Of a DNA stretch of 64,000 nt, positions 47,135 through 54,008 are shown piece after piece; the stretch's first letter is position 1; each line of letters begins with the position of its first letter. A program made the translations under genes and the position numbers. The notes under the pieces are model-generated. The model was not told where the DNA came from. It searched no databases and saw nothing but the letters and a program-made list of their open reading frames with translations. The stretch is from NCBI GenBank assembly GCA_902761575.1, contig CACWKU010000002.1, forward strand, positions 5,578 to 69,577, read 5' to 3'. The DNA comes from an uncultured bacterium (GTDB lineage Bacteria; Verrucomicrobiota; Kiritimatiellia; RFP12; UBA3636).

Positions 47135-49900
47135 ATGAAACCTTGGAAGCAAGTGGTCAAGCCCCACCGCGACGTGCTGGAGGGGGCCTTCACGCAGAGC
47201 GACTTCGCCGTGGACCTGATGAAGGTCGTGAACGGCGAGGCGCCGGCCGAATACCAGGACGCGCGGCTCTTCTTCGAGCGCACGTTCGTCACGCAGGGCA
47301 TCGCGGAACTGCTCGCGGCCGTGGCGGGGCGTCTCGCCGGCTCCGGCGGCCATCCCGTGATCGAGCTCAAGACGAACTTCGGCGGCGGCAAGTCGCACAC
47401 GCTGCTGGCGATCTGGCACCTGGCGAAGAACGCGGCGGACGCGCAGTCGCTGCCCGGCGTTGCGGAGGTCCTCGACAAGGCCGGAATCGGCGAAGTGCCG
47501 GAGGCGCGCGTCGCCGCAGTCGACGGCAACTACCGCGGGCCGGCCGAGCCGCGGCGCGAAGGAGGGCGAGTCGTCCGGACGCTCTGGGGCGACCTCGCGT
47601 TCCGGCTGCTGGGAGGCGCGGGCTACGACCTCGTGGCGGAAAGCGACGCGGCCGGGACGGCGCCGGGCAAGGAGAAGCTCGAAGCGCTTCTGCGCAAGGC
47701 CGCGCCGTGCGTGATCCTCCTCGACGAGCTCGTCGCCTACTACCGGCAGCTGGACAGGCCGGACCTGCCCGGCGGCTCCTACGACGCCAACCTCTCGTTC
47801 GCGCAGCAGCTCACCGAGGCGGTATCGAACACGCCCGGCGCCGTGATGCTCGCCACGCTCCCGCAGTCCGAGGGCGAAGCCGGCGGGGAATGGGGGAGCA
47901 AGGCGTTGCGCGAGGTGGGCAACGTCGTCCACCGGCTCGCCGCCACGTGGCATCCCGTCTCGCGCGACGAAAGCTTCGAGATCGTCCGCCGGCGCCTGTT
48001 CGAGCCGGTCGCGGACGAAGCCGCGATGCGCGAAACGTGCGAGGCGTACCGGGCGTTCTGCCACGAGAACCGGGCGGCGCTGCCGCGCGAGGCGCAGGAG
48101 GCGGCGTTCGTCGAGGCGTTCCCGAAATGCTATCCGATCCATCCCGAGGTTCTGTACCGCCTCTACGAGGACTGGGCGACCCTGCCCGACTTCCAGAAGA
48201 CGCGCGGCGCGCTGAAGTTCCTGGCGCTCGTCGTGCACCGGCTCTGGAAGGACCCCGGCTGCGACGAACCGCTGGTGATGCCGGGTTCGCTGCCGCTCGA
48301 CGCGTCCCCGGTCGCCAGCCAGGTCGCGCAGTGGCTCGTTAGCGGGAACTGGGGCCCGATCCTTTCCGCCGAGGTGGACGGCCCCGGCTCCGCGCCGGTC
48401 CGGCTCGACGCGGCCGACCCGCAGCTGGGCCGGCTGAAGGCGGCGCGGCGCGTGGCGAGGACGGTCTTCCTTGGGAGCGCGCCCTCCGTGTCCGGGCAGG
48501 CCGTCCGCGGACCCGACACGGCGCACGTACTGCTGGGCTGCGCGCGCCCCGGCGAGGAGCTATCCTTCTACCGCGACGCGCTCGACAAGATGGCGGACAC
48601 GTTCCGGTACCTCTTCCGCGACGGGGACCGCTACTGGTTCGACGTGCGCCCGAACCTCAACCGGACCGTCCACGAAAAGGCCGAGCGCGTTTCCGCGCGG
48701 GCCGTCGAGGAGGAGATCCGGTCGGCCTTCGACGCGAAATGGGGCGCCGGGCAGGCGCCGTGCGTCAACCACGCCCACGTCTTCGAGCCGGGGGCGAGGG
48801 TTCCGGACGACATCGTGTCGGGCCTGCGCGTCGTCGTCCTGCCGGCGGATTCGCCCTATTCGCCCCGGGCGGAGAAACCCGCCTTCGAGGCGGCGCGCGC
48901 GATCCTCGAATACCGCGGCGCGGCGGCGCGGACCTACAGGAACCGCCTCGTCTTCCTCGCGCCGGACTTCGATAAACTCGCCCGCGCCACCCAGCTCTGC
49001 CGGATGGTCGTCGCCTGGAGGGAGGCGGCCGAAGACATCGCCGCCAAGCGCATCGACGCCACCGTCGGCGAACAGGAGAACGCCGGCCGCCAGGCGCGGG
49101 TCCTCCGCGAATCCCTCGAACAGCTCGTGGGCGAAACCTTCTGCCATCTGCTCGTTCCGTCGATCGGGCCGAAGGGGCCGTCCGGCCCGTGCTCGTTCGA
49201 ACGGTTCGAAGTGCGCACGGCGCCCGTCGAACGGCTCTCGGAAACCGTCTCCCGCGCGCTCGTCTCGAACGAGATCGTCGTCGGGAACTGGGCCGCGCGC
49301 TTTCTCGGCGACCATCTTGGCGAAACCTATTTCGGTAACGCGGACGAAGTGTCCGTCCGCAAGGTCTGGGACGACATGGCGCGCTATCTCGACTACCGGC
49401 GCCTCGCCGACTTGGACGTGCTGCGCACCGCCGTCGAGAACGGCGTGCGCGACGGACTCTTCGGCTACGCTTCGGGAAAGAACGCGGACGGAAGCTACGA
49501 AGGATTCAAGTTCAAGGAACCGGTGATGGCGGGAGTCGGAGACCGGGATATCTTGATCAAGGCATCGAAGGCCGAGAAGGTTCAACCACCTCCGCCCCCG
49601 CCGCCTCCCGGTGGAGGCAAAGGACCGAAGCCACCGCCGCCGCCACCACCACCTCCTCCTCCTCCCAAGCCCGCTGGCAAGCGGAACTTCGCGGGCTCGG
49701 TGTCGCTGGACATTTCCGGCGACCTCTCTTCGTTCGACGAAATCCGGGACGACGTCCTCGCCCTCCTTGCCGGTCGTGGCCTGAACGCGAGCGTCCGCCT
49801 GGACATCCGCGCCGAAAGCGGCGAACCCTTCCCGCCCGACCTCCTCCGCGCCCTCAAGACCAACAGCCGCCTCCTGGACGAATCCTCACTCTCCTAACCT
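47135..49900 (+). CDS. DUF499-family ATPase (BrxC/PglY-like P-loop NTPase) with C-terminal poly-proline linker
   Basis: ATG 47135, 4 nt after the DUF1156 stop. MKPWKQVVKPHRDVLEGAFTQSDFAVDLMKVVNG.. is a typical DUF499 N-terminus. Walker A ..KTNFGGGKSHTLLAIWHL.., Walker B ..CVILLDELVAY... Pro-rich PPPPPPPGGGKGPKPPPPPPPPPPPPKP at roughly nt 49584-49668. Confidence 0.8.
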
Positions 49901-49925
49901 ACGGAGAGCGGACCGCACCCGCGAC

Positions 49926-49949
49926 GCGCTCGCCTTTCGGCGAGTGCGC
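49926..49949. terminator. GC-rich hairpin between the convergent DUF499 gene (+) and the 49979-50284 gene (-). Candidate bidirectional terminator
   Basis: gcgctcgcc-tttc-ggcgag(t)gcgc imperfect stem-loop, 26 nt after the DUF499 stop. No clear U-tract. Confidence 0.35.
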
Positions 49950-49978
49950 CGCAGACGCGAGGAATGGAAACCGATCCG

Positions 49979-50284
49979 TTAGGAACCCGGTTCCGGCCCG
50001 TCGGTCCACTCCAGCTCCGGCTCCAGTTCCCAGAACGTCTTGCCGTCGATGAGCGGCTCGGAGAGGAACGCCTTCATGGCTTCTTCGGACGTTTCCTTTT
50101 CCGTTTTCCAGACGAAAGTCCGGGCCGTCATGTCGTAGACGTCCATAAAGAAGAATTGCGGTTTTCCGTCTTCTCCCGGTTTGAACGTGCAGCCGTGGAC
50201 GAAATAGTCTTTGCCTTGGTACCGGACAAAGCCTTCGCCGTGTTCCATTTCTTCGAGGAAATCCCGAGTGTCAGCGTTTTTCAT
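49979..50284 (-). CDS. Hypothetical small protein (101 aa), lower-GC island
   Basis: MKNADTRDFLEEMEHGEGFVRYQGKDYFVHG..; ATG revcomp 50282-50284. Its first 14 nt overlap the end of the upstream gene (ATGAAAAACGCTGA). Confidence 0.5.
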   Translation of the reverse strand: MKNADTRDFLEEMEHGEGFVRYQGKDYFVHGCTFKPGEDGKPQFFFMDVYDMTARTFVWKTEKETSEEAMKAFLSEPLIDGKTFWELEPELEWTDGPEPGS

Positions 50285-50648
50285 GGAATTCGACTCCTTT
50301 CAGGTGTTGTTCGTATTCTTCGTAGAGTTTCTTCGGTCCCCATTGGGCTTCGCCTCTGTTTCCATCCGAAGTCCACTTGTGGTAGTGGAAGACTGGTTCA
50401 TAGCCGACCGACAGAGCGGGCTCGAACGTGTAGTCCAGATCGAAAAGCGGACGCCCGGTTGCTTTGTCGTAGATCCGCATTTGGCGAAACGTTCCGTCGG
50501 GACCGAACCGGATTCTGGCCTTTCCGTCCCGGGAAAAGAACGGGAGGTTGTGCTGTCCTCTCGTTCCTTCCACCACGACGACCTCCCCGATCTTTCCGAC
50601 GCCGAGGTAGTCCGAACTGCCGCGGGCACTGGAACTATTGCCTCCCAT
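50271..50648 (-). CDS. Hypothetical protein (~125 aa), lower-GC island
   Basis: Probable start MGGNSSSARGSSDYLGVGKIGEVVVVEG.. (ATG revcomp 50646-50648), overlapping the end of the DUF4417-like gene. The ORF-track 190-aa version has an Arg/Ser-rich N-terminal extension that looks non-coding. Confidence 0.45.
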   Translation of the reverse strand: MGGNSSSARGSSDYLGVGKIGEVVVVEGTRGQHNLPFFSRDGKARIRFGPDGTFRQMRIYDKATGRPLFDLDYTFEPALSVGYEPVFHYHKWTSDGNRGEAQWGPKKLYEEYEQHLKGVEFHEKR

Positions 50649-51270
50649 CGCCGACCTCCCTTCCGAAATAGTCGTAGGGCACGTAGATGATGGGGCCGCG
50701 CATTTCGGGAAACGGTTTCCCGAGACAGATGATCGCGCTCGGATCGAGCCGTTCCAGCATGGCGTCGTAGCCGTAGAGGTAGCCGGGCTTGTCGCGCCGA
50801 TTCCCGTTCGTCGTGACGGCGACCGGGGCGTTCTGTTCCACACCCAGGAAGCAGTAGCGAAGACTCCACCGCGAACCCCATCCGACGGACGGGATCACGT
50901 GAAGGCCCTTGCTCTGCCACCAGGCGCCGCACCAACGGTTCATGCCGATCGCCTCGATCATCTGCCACTCGCGCATCTCGCGGTAGCGCGAGAAGTCGGG
51001 GCTGAGAAGGAACCGGTACAGGGAGTAGGTCCCTAGGTTCGCCTCCACGTTGTTGCGGAACTTCCGGAAGCGCGTGTCGTCCACGAAGAAGTGGACGCCC
51101 TTCCGATAGTTCTCCGGCTTGTCCCGTCGACTCGTCCGCGAACAGGCCACGAGTCCGATGTCGCCATCGGGCAACGGCTCCCTGCGGATGATGTCGAACT
51201 GGAACTCCCCCACGCAGGGGAATTGGTCCCGAACGAAGTTCGGGTCTTCTCGCATTTGTTTGCTTGTCAT
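50635..51270 (-). CDS. DUF4417-like protein (tentative)
   Basis: 211 aa; ..VHFFVDDTRFRKF..YSLYRFLLSPDFS..WCGAWWQSKGLHVIPSVGW..; lower GC than the surrounding genome. The domain assignment is from memory and not verified. Confidence 0.4.
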   Translation of the reverse strand: MTSKQMREDPNFVRDQFPCVGEFQFDIIRREPLPDGDIGLVACSRTSRRDKPENYRKGVHFFVDDTRFRKFRNNVEANLGTYSLYRFLLSPDFSRYREMREWQMIEAIGMNRWCGAWWQSKGLHVIPSVGWGSRWSLRYCFLGVEQNAPVAVTTNGNRRDKPGYLYGYDAMLERLDPSAIICLGKPFPEMRGPIIYVPYDYFGREVGDGRQ

Positions 51271-51429
51271 TTCGGACTTTGTTGTTTGTATTCATGTGGA
51301 GGGGTCCATGAAGGTTGACTTTTGGGTCCGAAATGTGAGAGTATTGAGCGCGGTCCACTCTTGAATGTCCCACATTCCGGAGTCCCCCCCGCCGCCGGTT
51401 CCGCTGCAACGGTTCCGGCGGCACTTTTT

Positions 51430-51963
51430 TCATTGCGCACCCCTTTCGATCTTGCCCAGCTGGATGCGGGCGACCTCAAGGGACACGCCAAACTCTTCCT
51501 TGATGCGTTTGTCGGTCATTCCTGCGACCAGACGGCAGGGGGCCAGTAGTTCGGCGGCGAACTCGTTCGCCTGCCACTCCGGATCCTCGAAAGGGCGAAG
51601 CGAGGCTTTCCTGTTGCGACGGGCGTAGGCCACATAACTGTCTGGCACTTCGTCGGCGAGAAGCAGATGCCCGATCTCGTGCGCGATGGTGAACCGAGCG
51701 CGGGGATCGTCGGCAACTGCGGCTTCGTAGGTTGATTGTCGGATTTCAATGCGGTTCTCCTCGGGGATGGCCTGTGCATATTTGCCGGGAAGGTCTTCGT
51801 CCTCGACTACATCATAGACAAACCCCTTGATGATGCGAGGCATAGTCTGTTCAAGGAAGTCCACGACGTGAAAGTATCGTTCGGTGTCTAAACCGACCAG
51901 TCGACGAACATGACGAGCGATGAATCGGATTTCCTTGCGTGAAGTTGGGTTGTAGATGATCAT
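51430..51963 (-). CDS. ImmA/IrrE-family metallopeptidase (DUF955, HEXXH)
   Basis: Start MIIYNPTSRKEIRFIARHV.. (ATG revcomp 51961-51963); ..FTIAHEIGHLLLADEV.. HExxH zinc motif; ..ANEFAAELLAP... The start overlaps the stop of the upstream XRE gene (ATGA). Confidence 0.75.
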   Translation of the reverse strand: MIIYNPTSRKEIRFIARHVRRLVGLDTERYFHVVDFLEQTMPRIIKGFVYDVVEDEDLPGKYAQAIPEENRIEIRQSTYEAAVADDPRARFTIAHEIGHLLLADEVPDSYVAYARRNRKASLRPFEDPEWQANEFAAELLAPCRLVAGMTDKRIKEEFGVSLEVARIQLGKIERGAQ

Positions 51964-52331
51964 TTTTCTAGCTCCTTCAAAAAAGCGGAGATGAGGTTCG
52001 CATCGACCGCGTTGCCCTCCTGTATCTTGCGTGCGAATGCCACCACTGCTCGCCTGGAATCTGCGGAGAAGTTCGTAAGGTCCAAACGGACGCTGGTCGA
52101 GCTCTCGGCGATTGCGTTGGACAGTTCGGTTCGTTGCGCGGCATCGAGGTGGTAGTCGTCGGACAGTGTTTGCTCCCATCCTTCCGGCACGTGCTTGCGT
52201 CCCATCTCGACGGCGGAGAGGAACGCGGATGAAACGCTGAGTTTGTCGGCCATCGTCTTGAGTAGTTCGTTTCTATCGATTCTGAGTTTTCGCAAGAACC
52301 TTCCTAGCGGTGAAAGGGTTCGGGCGTTCAT
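51960..52331 (-). CDS. XRE-family helix-turn-helix transcriptional regulator, partner of the ImmA/IrrE peptidase
   Basis: Start MNARTLSPLGRFLRKLRIDRNELLKTMADKLSVSSAFLSAVEMGRK.. (ATG revcomp 52329-52331). Classic HTH_XRE N-terminal region. Translationally coupled to the ImmA gene. Confidence 0.75.
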   Translation of the reverse strand: MNARTLSPLGRFLRKLRIDRNELLKTMADKLSVSSAFLSAVEMGRKHVPEGWEQTLSDDYHLDAAQRTELSNAIAESSTSVRLDLTNFSADSRRAVVAFARKIQEGNAVDANLISAFLKELEK

Positions 52332-53006
52332 GGTTGGGTTCTCCTTCGGTGTTTCGCTTGGGTGGGCGAGGGGGCGCTTTGCTTTCTTTTGCTGTTTTGC
52401 TCTCAACGAGGGCGTAGACTAGCAGAAACACCCCTGCTTGTCAACCAGAAAAAGTTAAATTTTAAACCTATGCAGAACAATCGATTCTCAGCTAGGGATC
52501 AATCGGAGGACAGCCCCTTCAAGGTTCTCAAATGACCGCGACGCGGCGATACAACGTCGAATCGGCGCGCGGCCGGGGCAAGCATTCGTGGTTGACTTAT
52601 CCGTGTGAACAACGGCGGGAACACTGGCGGGCGGGGATCGGCCTGCATCGTCGAGCTCTTCGGGAGCGACGCGAACGGGCGGAAGATGATCGCGTGGGGG
52701 CGGCGGATCGGGTGCCGGGACGCAGGGCGCGGGTTCGAGCCCGGGCGCGGAGTCTACACACGGCTTCTGGTCGACGACGGCGACGTCCAGCAGCACAACT
52801 TCCTGATGGAGCTCGTCGACAACCCCGCCGGCCTCCGGGCGATCAATCCGGCGGAATGACCCCGCCACGCGTCGCGCGAAGCGCGGCGGCCAACGCCCTC
52901 CGTGGCGGGGTGCGGACCCCGCCACGCCTTCACATTTCCGGCGCGTGGCAACCGCCGTCGAGCGGAAGAAACTACCGGACGGGATGCGGATCGGGACGGG
53001 CGCGGA

Positions 53007-53741
53007 TCACTTCACGACCTCCCAATGACCGCCCTTGTCGGGACCGACGCGGCGGATGACGCCGGAGGCCTTCAGTCGGCTCAAATTCTTCTCTACGCCC
53101 CGAACGGAAAGTCCTGTCACGACCGCCAATTCGTTTTGTGTGGCGTGTGGATTCTCCGCCAAGTGGCGGATGATTTTCTCTGTACTTTTCTCCGCACTTT
53201 TCTCCACACCTTTCTCCACACCGGCAAGGGTGTTGGCGTCGAGACCGTAGTTGAGGTTCGGGAGTACCATGGTGAAACCCATCGCGCCGGAACTGAAGGT
53301 CGGCTTTAGAACGCGACCGCGCTTTTCGGATTCGAAGGCGTAGGCGTCGATGATTTTCCCGAAACCGCTTCCGCGGCGCTCCATCAGGTCCAGGCGTTGG
53401 AAAAGGTCGGCAATGACGGGGTTGCGACGCAGGGATGACACACGGCGCAAATCGGCGTTTTCGGCCGTCCTGCCGCTTGGCATGGCGCCCGGAGAAAAGA
53501 ACTCCATCCGGTCGTCGAAGATGTCGACGTGCAGTTCCCCGCCGAGTTCGAGGTAATCCCGGTGGATGAGACCATTGACGATGCATTCTTCGTAGGCGCG
53601 TTCGGGATACTCGGGGTATTCGATCCGCCGGTCGGGCGCCTTGCGCCACATCATCTTCGTGTTCGCGACGACGAACCTCTTCGCGGCCTTGAGAAGCGAG
53701 ATGAGCCCGCCGGAATACTCGTGGTCGTCGATGGCCTCCAT
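53007..53741 (-). pseudogene. 5'-truncated gene for a RecG-like/AlbA_2 family protein. Only the HATPase_c_4 and C-terminal winged-HTH part remains
   Basis: MEAIDDHEYSGG..YPEYPERAYEECIVNGLIHRDYLELGGELHVDIFDDRMEFFSPGAMP..RGSGFGKIIDAY.. then C-terminal HTH ..HATQNELAVVTGLSVRGVEKNLSRLKASGVIRRVG. The expected N-terminal AlbA_2 domain is absent; upstream frames give Arg-rich junk. Confidence 0.45.
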
Positions 53742-54008
53742 CACGCCGTTCGCTTTCGTGAGGCCCCGCCACCGGGTGCAGAACACGCGCGAATGCCGTC
53801 TTCCAGTTTCACGGGATTCCTGTGTTCCGGCCGGCGGACAGCTCCGCATTGCCGTTGACGGCTCCGATGATAGCACACCGCCTTCGCCGGGACAACCAGT
53901 CGCGCGAGAGCGCGGGAACCGAGGCGGGCGCTGCGCAAATCAGGATACCGGACGGGGACGGCTGTCGAGGAATCCGATCAGGGCGGCGGGGGCGGCTTGC
54001 CCGGGCAA

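Noticed and set aside
49964-50690. + strand ORFs 49964..50671 and 50211..50690
   Set aside because: They are antisense to the better-supported minus-strand small genes and their translations are low-complexity.
52715-52755. GGTTCGAGCCC T-loop-like motif suggesting a tRNA or tRNA fragment at the island edge
   Set aside because: No acceptor stem, D-arm or anticodon arm can be folded from the flanking sequence; only a weak 4-bp T-stem. It is most likely a chance GC-rich match. A tRNA 3' remnant cannot be fully excluded.
52532-53059. ORFs 52532..53059 (+), 52605..52859 (+) and 52488..52925 (-) in the region between the XRE gene and the AlbA_2 fragment
   Set aside because: The translations are Arg-rich, show no motifs, and overlap mutually on both strands. 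I treated the region as non-coding with repeats (GACCCCGCCACGC x2 plus an inverted copy) rather than as genes.
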